64,000 nucleotides of DNA, from the NCBI GenBank assembly GCA_030390025.1, contig CM059431.1, positions 100,876,001-100,940,000 of the forward strand, read 5' to 3'. The notes under the pieces were generated by a model. It was not told the DNA's origin. It was given only the letters and a program-made list of their open reading frames with translations, and ran no database searches. The translations under genes and the position numbers were made by a program. The DNA comes from Squalus acanthias (lineage: Eukaryota). Below are positions 49,002 through 60,320 of the stretch, piece by piece (position 1 is the first letter of the stretch; each line of letters opens with the position of its first letter).

Positions 49002-49209
49002 TTTCAAATAAAACTGTTGGACTATAACCTGGTGTTGTGCGACTTCTCACTTTTGTCCACCCCAGTCCAACACCGGCATCTCCGCATCATAGCATTTAAA
49101 GAATTAATACATAATTTACAACAAATATACATTCCTTTAAGGCACAAAAACCCCACAGGAAAAGTGGTCCAACAAGAGAAGTTAAAGATAGTATTAGATC
49201 AAAGGAAGA

Positions 49210-49665
49210 AAAGAAAGAAAGACTTGCATTTATATAGCGCCTTTCACGACCACCGGACGTCTCAAAGCACTTTACAGCCAATGAAGTACTGTTGAAGTGT
49301 AGTCACTGTTGTAATGTGGGAAACGCAGGAGCCAAATTGTGCATAGCAAGCTCCCACAAACAGCAATGTGATAATGACCAGATAATCTGTTTTTGTTATG
49401 TTGATTGAGGGATAAATATTGGCCAGGACACCGGGGATAATTCCCCTGCTCTTCTTCGAAATAGTGCCATGGGATCTTTTACGTTCACCTGAGAAAGAAG
49501 ACGGGGCCTCGGTTTAACGTCTCATCCGAAAGACGGCACCTTCGACAGTGCAGCACTCCCTCACTGGAGTATCAGCCTAGATTTTTGGGCTCAAGTCCCT
49601 GGAGTGGGACTTGAACCTACAACCTTCTGACTCAGAGGCGAGTGTGCTACCCACTAAGCCACAGG
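49210..49665 (-). mobile_element. Deu-domain SINE nested in the long CR1
   Basis: Full-length copy; CR1 sequence (aaaggaaga...aagaggcttataat) lies on both sides. Confidence 0.87.
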
Positions 49666-51564
49666 TGAAACTATAAGAGGCTTATAATGCTGCCAAAAAG
49701 AGTAGTAAGCCTGATGATTGGGAGGATTTTAGAATTCAGCAAAGGAGGAACAAGAAATTGATAAAGAAAGGGAAAATAGAATATGAGAGTAAGCTAGCAA
49801 GAGACATAAAAACAGACTGTAAAAGCTTCTATAGGTATGTAAAAAGGAAAGATATTAGTATTAGTAAAAAAGTAGTACTGGAGAAATTAATGGGACTGAA
49901 AGCCGATAAATCCCCTGGACCTGATGGCCTACATCCTAGGGTTTTGAAAGAGTTGGCTATAGAGATAGTGGATGCATTGGTTGTCATTTTACAAAATTCC
50001 ATAGATTCTAGAACAGTTTCGGCAGATTGGAAGGTAGCAAATGTAACTCCACTATTTAAGAAAGGAGGGAAAGAGAAAACGGGGAACTACAGACCAGTTA
50101 GCCTGACATCAGTAGTAGGGAAAATGCTAGAATCTATTATTAAGGACGTGGTAACAGGGCACTTAGAAAATAATAATAGGATTGGGCAGAGTCAATACGG
50201 ATTTATGAAAGGGAAATCGTGTTTGATAAATCTGTTAGAGTTTTTTGAGGTTGTAACTAGCAGAATAGATAAGGGGGAACCAGTGGATGTGGTGTATTTG
50301 GATTTTCAGAAGGCATTCAATAAGATGCCACACAAGAGGTTATTAAACAAATTAGGGCTCATGGGATTGGGGTAATATACTCGCATGGATTGAGGATTGG
50401 TTAACGGACAGAAAACAGAGAGTAGGAATAAACGGGTCATTTTCGGGTTGGCAGGCTGTAACTAGTGGGGTACCGCAAGGATCAGTGCTTGGGCCTCAGC
50501 TATTCACAATCTACATCAATGATTTGGATGAGGGGACCAAATGTAATATATCCAAGTTTGCTGATGATACAAAGCTGGGTGGGAATGTAAGTTGTGAGGA
50601 GGATGCAAGGAGGCTTCAAGGGGATATAGACAGGCTAAGTGGGTGGGCAAGAACATGGCAAATGGAATATAATGTGAAGATATCCACTTTGGTAGGAAAA
50701 ATAGAAAAGCAGAGTATTTTTTAAATGGTGAGAGATTGGGAAATGTTGGTGTTCAGAGGGACCTGGGTGTCCTTGTACACGAATCACTGAAAGTTAACAT
50801 GCAGGTACAGCAAGCAATTAGGAAAGCAAATCGTATGTTGGCTTTTATTACAAGAGGATTTGAGTATAAGAGTAAAGACGTCTTACTGCAATTATATAGG
50901 GCCCTGGTGAGACCACACCTGGAGTATTGAGCACAGTTTTGGTCTCCTTACCTAAGGAAGGATATACTTGCCATAGAGGGAGTGCAACAAAGGTTCACCA
51001 GACTGGTCCCTGGGATGGGGGGATTGTCCTATGAGGACAGACTGAGTAGACTAGGCCTATATTCTCTAGAGTTTAGAAGAATGAGAGTTGATCTAATTGA
51101 AACATATAAAATTCTTACAGGGCTTGACAGGGTAGATGCAGGGAGGATGTTTCCCCCTAGCTGGAGAGTCTAGAACCAGGGATCACAGTCTCAGAATAAG
51201 GGGTCAGCCATTTAGAACTGAGATGAGGAGAAATTTCTTCACTCAGAGGGTGGTGAATCTTTGGAATTCTCTACCCCAGAGGGCTGTGGAGGCTCAGTCA
51301 TTGAGTATATTCAAGACAGAGATCGATAGATTTTTGAATATTAAGGGAATCAAGGGATATGGGGATTGTTCAGGAAAGTGGAAATGAGGTAGAAGATCAG
51401 CCATAATCTTATTGAATGGCGGAGCAGGCTCGAGGGGTCAAATGGCCGACTCCTGCTCCTTTTTCTTATGTTCTTATGTTTAGGAACTGCAAAAGAAATA
51501 CCTCTGATTAAGATAAGGTTCAGTCACTATTGCAAAATTGTGTAATAGCTTAAATGCATGCGTT

Positions 51565-52015
51565 GCCTGAGCGCATCCAAAACTCTGCTGCCCATATCCT
51601 AACTCGCACCAAGTCCCGTTCACTCATCATCCCTGAGATCGCTGACCTACATTGGTTCCAGGTCCAGCAATGCCTCTATTTTATAATTCTCATCCTTGCT
51701 TTCAAATCTCTCCATGGCCTCGTCCCTCCTTATCTCTATAACCTCCTCCATTGGCGTTCCAACATTGGCGGCCATGCCTTCAGTTGGCAAGGCCCTAAGT
51801 TCTGGAATTCCTTCCCTAAACCTCTCCGCCTCGTTACCGCTCGCTCTCCTCCTTTAGGACGCTCCTTAAAACCTATCTCTTTGACAAAGCTTTTGGTTAC
51901 CTGTCCTAATATCTCCTTATCTGGCTCGGTATCAAATTTTGTCTGATAACGCTCCTGTGAAGCACCTTGGGACGTTTTACTATGTTAAAGGCGCTATATA
52001 AATGCAAGTTGTTAT
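51565..52015 (+). mobile_element. L2 3' fragment
   Basis: IQNSAAHILT...ADLHW...; tail aaaggcgctatataaatgcaagttgtt. Confidence 0.87.
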
Positions 52016-52019
52016 TTTT

Positions 52020-52340
52020 TTTATGGCCCCTAGTTTTTGTCTCCGCCGCAAGTGGAAACATCTTCTCTATGTCTACCCTATCAAACCCCTTCAGAATTTT
52101 TAAAGACCTCTATCAGGTCACCTCTCAGTCCTTTTTGTCTAGAGATTGGAGCCCCAGCCTGTTCAGTCTTTTCCTGATCGTAATAACCTCTCAGTTTTGG
52201 TATCATCCTTGTAAATCATTTTTTGCACCTCCTCCAGTTCCTCTATGTCTTTTTTGTAATATAGAGACCAAAACTGTGCACAGTACTCTAAGTGTGGTCT
52301 AACTAAGGTTCCATACAAGTTTAACATAACCTCTCTGTTT
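52020..52340 (-). mobile_element. CR1 fragment
   Basis: The reverse strand reads gttagaccacacttagagtactgtgcacagttttggtctc (VRPHLEYCAQFWS). Confidence 0.8.
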
Positions 52341-52459
52341 TCGTTAGTGAGTTAGCGCATGCCTGCATTTGCAGTCTGATCTTTCAGCCTGTCCATCCAG
52401 AGTAGCACTGTGGTTTTACGTGGCTAGCCTGTATGAAACCTTCTCTGGGCAGGTTCTGA

Positions 52460-52820
52460 AAGAAAGAACTTGCATGTACATAGCGCCTTTCATGACCTCA
52501 GGCTCTCCCAAAGTGCTTTATAGTTAATGAAGTACTTTTGAAGTGTAGTCACTGTTGTAATGTAGGAAACGCAGCAAGCACAGCAAGCTCCCACAAACAG
52601 CAATGTGATAATGACCAGATAATTTGTTTTAGTGATGTTGGTTGAGGGATAAATATTGGCTCCAGCACACCAGGGAGAACTCCCCTGTTCTTCTTCGAAC
52701 TAGTGCCACTGGACCTTTTACGTCTATCTGCGAGAACAGAAGGGGCCTCGGTTTAACGTCTCATCCGAAAGACGGCACCTCTGATATTGCAGCGCTCCCT
52801 CAGTACTGCACTGGGAGTAC
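52460..52820 (-). mobile_element. Deu-domain SINE lacking the head
   Basis: Core and tail match the family. Confidence 0.82.
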
Positions 52821-53149
52821 TTGTAAACACAACTTTACAATAACTCACATGCATGAGATTTTTCAGAAGTGCAATTATCAATTAAAGTATGCCCTGTGAT
52901 ATAAAGCTGCAGGGAAACCAGGTTATATTACAGAACAGGTTTCCATTGGAATCAATTCTGCATTATAAATGCGGGTACAATTGACCGATTAAAAATTCTG
53001 TAACCACCTGTAAGGTATGGACACTGCGAGAGCTTTACATGGCTAACTGTGAACATGAAATCTGTCTACTGGGACATGGATTTGCTTCTTGCTTATAAAA
53101 TGAGAGCTAACTACCATCTCATGATCATCTTTGTTGACCAACACCAACT

Positions 53150-53950
53150 AACATTTATATAGCGCCTGTAACACAGTAAAACTTCCCAAGGTGCTTCACA
53201 GGAGCGTTATAAAACAAAATTTGACACCGAGCCACATAAGGAGATAGTAGGTTGGTCAAAGAGGTAGATTTTAAGGAGCATCTTAAAGGAGGAGAGAGAG
53301 GTAGAGAGGTTTAGGGAGGGAATTTAAAGCTTAGGACCTAGGCAGATGAAGGCACGGCCACCAATGGTGGATCGATTACAATCGGGGATGTGCAAGAGCC
53401 CAGAATTGGTGGAGTGCAGAGATCTCGTAGGGTGGTAGGGCTGGAGGCGGTTACAGAAAAATATAACATAAGATAGTCACTAATAAATCCAATAAGGAAT
53501 TCAGGAGAAACTTCTTTACTCAGAGCGATGCAATAATGTGGAACTCTCTACCACATGGAGTGGTTGAGGCGAATAGCATAGATGCATTTAAAGGGAAACT
53601 AGATAAACACATGAGGGAGAAAGGAAGAGAAGGATATACTGATAGTGTTAGATAAAGTTAGGTGGGAGAAGGCTCTTGTGGAGCATAAACACCGGCATAG
53701 ACCTGTTGAGCTGAATGGCCTGTTTCTGTGCTGTGAATTCTATGTAATATTATGCTTCTATGCCTAAGCTTTGGAACTCCCTCCCTAAACCTCTCCACCT
53801 CTCTCTCCTTTAAGACGTGCCTTAAAACCTACCTCACCTGTCCTGATATCTCCTTATGTGGCTCGGTGACACATTTTATTTGATAACGCTCCTGTGAAGT
53901 GTCTTGGGACGTTTTACTACATTAATGGCGCTATTTTAAATGAAAGTTAT
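53150..53950. mobile_element. Cluster: L2(-) 53150-53458, CR1(+) 53460-53750, L2(+) 53760-53950
   Basis: Each piece matches sibling copies elsewhere in the window. Confidence 0.75.
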
Positions 53951-55687
53951 TGTTCTATTCGCCACAACCAGCATCCAGGGGTTAGCGGCACCAGGCAAAA
54001 GTAGCCTGTTTGTTGTTGGAGCCAATCCCGTGCAGAACATGGGATATCACACTTTACGATGACACTGGCCAACGATAAACTGGTTCTGCGAGGTCCTGGC
54101 CAAATCAGGTTTGAACAGAACGTAAAGAAAGGGGTGTGTGAAAGTCTTTCTTTCCCAAACATCAACTCTCCCTTGTAAAGTTTGTTTTCACTTGAGCTGC
54201 CCATTCAACAAGGTTTGCAGTGTGGGCCAGCAGTTCCCAATGGTCTATCAAAGCCAGATCAGATGCAATTGTTCCGCACTTAGTCAGCCTTCTGTGAGGC
54301 TTAGCAGATACCAGCTGAATAAATCCATTCAAGAACAAGCACAATTGAGCAAAGGGGAACAGATTAAGAATCCTAAAAAAAAACAGGGACAAAAATCTAC
54401 ATAGAACTGCCTTCTAATTAAAACTGGAAGACTTGAGATGTTTGTTGTAAACACCGACAAGGCTTGCACAAACATTTACAGTTCACAGCTACCGAAATTC
54501 AGTTGTCGACACTCTGCCTTTGCCTAATCAGTACAGTTGTCCAAACAGTTTTACTTTTGCAGCTGCAAACCACACATTTTATCAGAGATGCTGATGATCA
54601 CCGTTACAGCCCCCACTTCCCACTATTGGTTCTACAGTCTTGTTTTCGCAAGCAATTAACACTAATGAATTGTACAAAATTGCATGGACCATATATGTCA
54701 AATCACAGTGCAATCGGCAGTGCTCACCTGGTTTTTTTCGGAACTATTCCGTTGAGGTTCAAAGCATTTTTTATATATGTGACCAGTTTTTAAAAAACTA
54801 GAAGAGTTTACTCCGGAAAGTGAATGACTAAGCATTTTCTCTCTCTGCTCTCATTGTTCCCACAAAAATGTAAAGTCACTTCAAGAGGCACTTAATCCCA
54901 TCATCTACACTGACAATTGCCTTGAAGCATCAATCAAACAGAATCAGAACCCAGATGAAGCACCGCTATGTGGTGTAATTAAAAGCAATTCAGGTAGTTG
55001 TGCCTTTGGGCACTTTTCACATACGAATACATACAGTAGCTCAACAGGGATCTTAAATACTGTAGTGTTAAAAAAAAGTCAGTGACAATATCTCTGAGCA
55101 AAGGGGAGGAATAAGAAAGGGGAGGAATAAACATGGCTTTGCATTATATGGATTGTAAAACAGCAAAAAGGGGAGGAGCATCTAATCTCCAAGGACAAAA
55201 CAAAAACCCTACAGCTACTGTATTGATCAGGAACAAAAACCAAAATCAGAAACAAGGGGAGGGGGAGGGGAGAGAAACAGAGTTTGCAAAATCTTGAGAA
55301 TGCAAGTGAAAGGGTGGTGTGGGAGGTACAAAGTGCTGCATATTAACTATAAAGACAAAGCCAATGCAAAAAGCAGAAATTAATGAAGTGTCGTTAGCCA
55401 GGAAGAGAGTTTAAAGGAGAGATTAAATCATTGAAATATTATTGGAACAAGCCGTATCTATGCTTGTGTGGCGCAATGGCAGATGGCTACAAACAGTTCA
55501 CTTAACGCAGTACCATGTATTAACAGGTCTGAACAAAACACTGCACTCAATTTCTAGAAATTCAAAGAGAAAATCATAAAATACAGGGTTCTGCACAATA
55601 GATTTATATACAGTGCTTCACCAGACTACCTTCAAGGAGATCCATGTGACCCAGTTCTTGTCTTCTGCATCTACTGCCGAGTATAAA

Positions 55688-56460
55688 AAGAAAAGACTTA
55701 AATTTCTATAGCGCCTTTCACGACCTCAGGACATCCCAAAGCATTTCACAGCCAATGAAGTACTTTTGAAGTGTAGTCGCTGTTGTAATGTAGGAAACGC
55801 GGTAGTCAATTTGCGCACAGCAAGCTCCCACTAACAGTAATGTGTTAAATGACCAGATAATCTGTTTATAGTGATGTTGGTTGAGAGATAAATATTGGCC
55901 CAGGGCTTCAGGGAGAACTCCTCTGCTCTTCTTCGAATAGTGTCATGGGTTCTTTTACATCCACCTGAGAGGGCAGTGTTAATGTCTATAAAAGGAAAGC
56001 AAGCAAGAACTTGCATTTATTTAGCACCTCAGGACGTCCCAATGTGCTTCATAGCCAATGCAGTACTTTTTCAATTCTGGTCACTGTTGTAAAGTAGGGA
56101 AATGCACACAGCAAGTTCCCACAAACAGCAGTGAGATGCACTCTCTCAGTACTGCATTGAAGCGTCAGCTAGATTTTGTGCTCAAGTCTCTAGAGTGGGG
56201 CTTGAACTCATGACCTTGTAACTTAGAGGTGAGAGTGCTGCCCACCAAGACAGGGCTAAAGGTATAGTTTCAATTTCTGTTCATTTATACCCCATTTAAA
56301 AAAAATCTCATTGCTGTTTGTGGGAGCTTGCTGTGCGCAAATTGGCTGCCGCGTTTCCTTCATTCCAATAGTGACTACACTTCAAAAAGTACTTCATTGG
56401 CTGTACAGGGCTTTGGGACGTCCTGAGGTGGTGAAAGGTGCTATAGAAATGCAAGTTCTT
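55688..56460. mobile_element. Three Deu-domain SINE pieces: (-) 55688-55985, (-) 56000-56240, (+) 56308-56460
   Basis: Tail and core matches in both orientations. Confidence 0.78.
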
Positions 56461-56874
56461 CCTGTCTCGATGTTAACTGTGTAGACGGGGATCCCTTTAA
56501 ATAGCGCTTGTGTAGGTGGCCTCGTGACCGCTCCTGCCGTGATTTACTAGGCGGGCTTAAGAGCTGACAAATCGGGGCTGGCACAAACCAATTTCCCAAA
56601 CGGTGCAAGGGCCCACATTATAAGATTTTAATTGGCTCCAGGCTTAATTTAGGCAGGTGCCTGGGATGCTGACATCAATATGGCATCCGCTGCACTTCCG
56701 GTACCGGCGTTTCAGTTGGGCGCGATCTACCATACAAGCTTGTATGCTGGGGACCTGCTTTGTGCCCGGAAAATGGGCAAAGGGAGGTTGAATTTCATCC
56801 CGAATCAGCTACAACGCCTCCTTTTGTGCTGTCCACCTCTTTGGTTCGATTACAATGAAGGTTAGAAATATTAC

Positions 56875-57635
56875 GAAAGGCTGAACAGGCTGGACCTCTT
56901 TTCTCTGGAAAAGAGAAGGCTGAGGGGCGGCATAAGTATAAGATAGTCACCAATAAATCCAATATGGCATTCAGGAGAAACTTCTTTACCCAGAGAGTGG
57001 TGCAAATGTGGAACTCAACAACAACAACAAGTATTTATATAGCGCCTTTAACGTAGTAAAACGTCCAAAGGCACTTCACAGGAGTATTAAAAGACAAAAT
57101 TTTTTTAACACCGAGCCACATAAGCAGAAATTTGGGCAGGTGACCAAAAGCTTGGTCAAAGAGGTAGGTTTTAAGGAGCGTCTTAAATGAGGAAAGAGGG
57201 GTAGCGAGGCGGAGAGGTTTAGGCGGGGAATTCCAGAGCTTAGGGCCCAGGTAACAGAAGGCACGGCCACCAATGGTTGAGCGATTATAATCAGGGATGC
57301 TAAAGAGGGCAGAATTAGAGAAGCACAGATATCTCGGGGGGTTGTGGGGCTGAAGGAGATTACAGAGATAGGGAGGGGCGAGGCCATGGAGGGATTTGAA
57401 AACAAGGATTAGAATTTTGAAACTCACTACCACAAGGAATGGTTGAAGCGAATAGCAGAGATGCATTTAAGGGGAAGCTAGATAAGCACATGAGGGAGAA
57501 AGGAATAGAAGGATATGGTGATAGGGTGAGATGAAGAGGGGCGGGAGGAGGCTCGTGTGGAGCAGAAACACCGGCATGGACCATTCGGGCCGAATGGCCT
57601 GTTTCTGTGCTGTAGATTCTAGGTAATTCTATGCA
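56875..57635 (+). mobile_element. CR1 3' fragment interrupted by an antisense L2 (57018-57420)
   Basis: The L2 piece encodes FKILILVFKSLHGLAPPYL...KTYLFDQAF and is flanked by TSD aactca at 57012-57017 and 57421-57426. Confidence 0.85.
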
Positions 57636-57649
57636 ATGTGTGCAGTCGC

Positions 57650-57960
57650 CTTCTGGTATCTCACCCAAATGGCCATTATTCATGTGTCAACCATGACAAT
57701 GATTGTCAGCTGGCTATTTGACTGTTGAGGCATCACCACCAATGTTAATCCTGTCCTTAATCAACATGCACACACATACACTTCCAGCAGGGTTCACTGG
57801 ATAGTGCTTTGGAGCAGGAACCCTCTCCAACTTTCACTGCCCTAACCTACCGATCCCGAGGCAAACTATTGTATCTTGACTTGTGCCCAGTTGAGATTAG
57901 CTACTTAGCAAAGACTGGAGATGAAACCTGGGACTTCTCTGATCTGCATGGCTCACTGAG
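57650..57960 (-). mobile_element. Old unclassified SINE-like repeat (other pieces near 6480-6545, 7950-8290, 9600-9715, 10195-10470, 59640-59770, 62245-62315)
   Basis: Recurrent degenerate motifs ggctatttga.tgt, cagcagggg.ca.tggata and gctaactca.cacagact...gaacctgg. Confidence 0.5.
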
Positions 57961-58304
57961 ATATCGGGGAGCCTTTTCAATCTTTTCTATAATCGTACTT
58001 GAACTATTTTTGTAATCTCACTTGTACTTAAGATTCCACAACACTTTTCAAACCACCAAAAGTCAAACATGTTACTGCAGCTACTGAAATGTATTTTCCG
58101 TGATATATTCTCAGGTTACCTTACCATATGGTCTGGGTTATTGCCAGCTATCCGAGAGGATACAAAATTAGTTTGGATAAGAAGAGTTCAGCATACAGGA
58201 AAACATTAAGGAAATGAGCTTGGGGAGGGGGGACAGTAATGGTTCATAAAATACAAAGCTTCATAAAGTCAAAGGTCAAATAATTACGTAGCAAAATACA
58301 GCAT

Positions 58305-58790
58305 CCGTCTTTCGGGTGAGGCGTTAAACCGAGGCTCCGTCTGCCCTCTCAGGTGGACTTAAAAGATTCCATGGCTACTATTTTGAAGAAGAGCAGGGGA
58401 GTTCTCCCCCGGTGTCCTGGGCCAACATTTATCCCTCAATCAACATCACTAAAAAACAGATTATCTGGTCATGATCGCACTACTGTTTGTGGGAGCTTTC
58501 TGTGCGCCATTTGGCTGTCGCATTTACTACATTACAACGGTGACCAATATTCCCCCTAAATTATTTTTTTTTTGCGCACGATACCTTTAAATTTGCTGCG
58601 CGGTATCTTAGAGGGAACAGCTTGTGAGCGGCCTGTGCGATAACTTTCCCGATGGTTGCGCGGCCATGCACACGCGCATCTTAGAGGGAACACTGACAGT
58701 GACTACACTTCAAAAGTGTTTCATTGGCTGTAAAGCGCTTTGGGACGTCCTGAGGTCATGAAAGGCGCTATCTAAATGCAAATTCTTTCT
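58305..58790 (+). mobile_element. Deu-domain SINE hosting a hAT MITE
   Basis: The SINE resumes at acagtgactacac after the insertion. Confidence 0.83.
58545..58695. mobile_element. hAT-type MITE nested in a SINE
   Basis: TIRs caatattccccctaa / ttagagggaacactg. 8-bp TSD acggtgac (58537-58544) and acagtgac (58696-58703). Confidence 0.8.
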
Positions 58791-59179
58791 TTTTATTTAT
58801 GAATAGAAACAGTAGTGTACATCATTTTGCCTCAAAGCATTTGGTTTCTAAAAATATTATCTCAAGAATGAAGCTAAAATAATTATGCAGACACTATGGA
58901 AAGACATAGGTTGCTGGAAATGAGTATTTCAGTCACTGACCCAAATATGTTGACTCTGCACTAGGACAATCATAAACGGTGGCGGAACAAAAGCGACTGT
59001 GCTATTTTTGTCAAATGGAAGAAAAAAATGCTGATGGATGTGTTGTGAAAGAATAGCTGTTCGAGAGAAAAACTAAACTCCTCTGCAAATTTCTAACAAG
59101 ACAGAAAATGAAAAGAAGTATTCAAAGGGGAGGCTATCAGGCAGTGTATGGGAATCTTGCAATGTTGTAGGTATGCTTG

Positions 59180-59635
59180 CGTTCAAATCCCTCCATGACT
59201 TACCTAGCTCAAATCTCTCTCAGCCTCGCCGCTTCCCTATCCCTGTAACCTCCTCCAGCCATACAACCAATGTTCCCTGCAAGCTGAGCGGCCACATAGC
59301 GCTCCAGGCAACCTGCGCAGCCGGCTTTTCAATGTAAAAACCACGCATACGCGGTATTAAAGGGGCCGCGCAGGGCCCACAAAAATTACAGGGAACACTG
59401 CCTATAACCCCACCCCTGAGATCTTTGCGCTCCTCCAATTCTGGCTTTTTGCGCATTCCCTATTTTCATCGCTCCACCACTGGCGGCCGTGCCTTCAGCT
59501 ACCCAGGCCCTAAACTCTGGAATTCCCTCCATAATCCTCTCCGCCTCCCTCGCCTCCTTTAAAAGGTTCCTTAAAACCTACCTCTTTGGTCACCTGTCCT
59601 AATATCTCCTTATGTGGCACTGTGTCAAATTTTAG
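59180..59635 (+). mobile_element. L2 3' fragment hosting a hAT MITE
   Basis: L2 body on both sides of 59268-59400. Confidence 0.8.
59268..59400. mobile_element. hAT-type MITE nested in an L2 fragment
   Basis: TIRs caatgttccctgcaa / ttacagggaacactg. 8-bp TSD catacaac / cctataac, each one change from the L2 sequence cctacaac inferred from sibling copies. Confidence 0.75.
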
Positions 59636-59864
59636 CCAGCTCAGTAGCAAAAAGATGACAATTTGCTTCGGTGCCCTGAACTGGGGCAAAGGAAGAAAAT
59701 AATATCAGCCAAGGGTTCCTGCTCCCAGCTTCAGTCCAGTGACAATGCTCGCTGGGAAGAACCTGCATGTGGATATAAAAAAATTCATTTATGAAGTTCT
59801 AGAAGTGTGGCAATGCTCATAGAACTAGAGCCCAGCATCAATCACACTTTCAGGTAAGGAAAAA

Positions 59865-60320
59865 AAGATAGACTTGCATTTATATAGCGCCTTTCACGAC
59901 CTCAGGGCATCCCAAGCCAATTAAGTACTTTTTAGGTGTAGTCACTGTTTTAATGTAGGAAATTCGGCAGCCAATTTGTGCACAGCAAGCTCCCACACAC
60001 AGCAATGTGATAATGACCAGATAATCTGTTTTGGTGATGTTGGTTGATGGATAAATATTGGCCCAGGACACCAGGGATAACTCCCCTGCTCCTCTTCGAA
60101 ATAGTGCCATGGGATCTTTTACGCCCACCTGAGAGAGCAGACGGGGCCTCGGTTTAACATCTCATCCGAAAGACGGCACCTCTGACAGTGCAGCGCTCCC
60201 TCAGCACTGAACTGGGAGTGTCAGCCTGGATTTTTGTGTCCAAGTCTCTGGAGTGGGGCTTGAACCTACAACCTTCTGACTTGGAGATGAGGGTGTGACC
60301 CACTGAGCCACGGCTGACAT
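59865..60320 (-). mobile_element. Deu-domain SINE, full length
   Basis: Head cactgagccacggctgaca at 60301-60319. Confidence 0.85.

Larger units (their letters stand above)
48516..49089. mobile_element. Penelope-like non-coding fold-back insertion (family A) inside a CR1
   Basis: Inverted arms of about 153 bp at 48512-48664 and 48900-49053. Perfect 12-bp TSD tagcatttaaag at 48504-48515 and 49090-49101. Removing the insert restores the CR1 frame QWLAFKELIHNLQQIYIP. Confidence 0.85.
47150..51480 (+). mobile_element. Near ORF2-length CR1 LINE, disrupted (AP endonuclease plus RT)
   Basis: APE motifs LYLNARS, ITETWL, YRPP, MGDFN; RT motifs [22 protein letters not shown]; (ttcttatg)n tail. Contains frameshifts, stops, an internal deletion near 49850 and three nested insertions. 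Confidence 0.93.
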
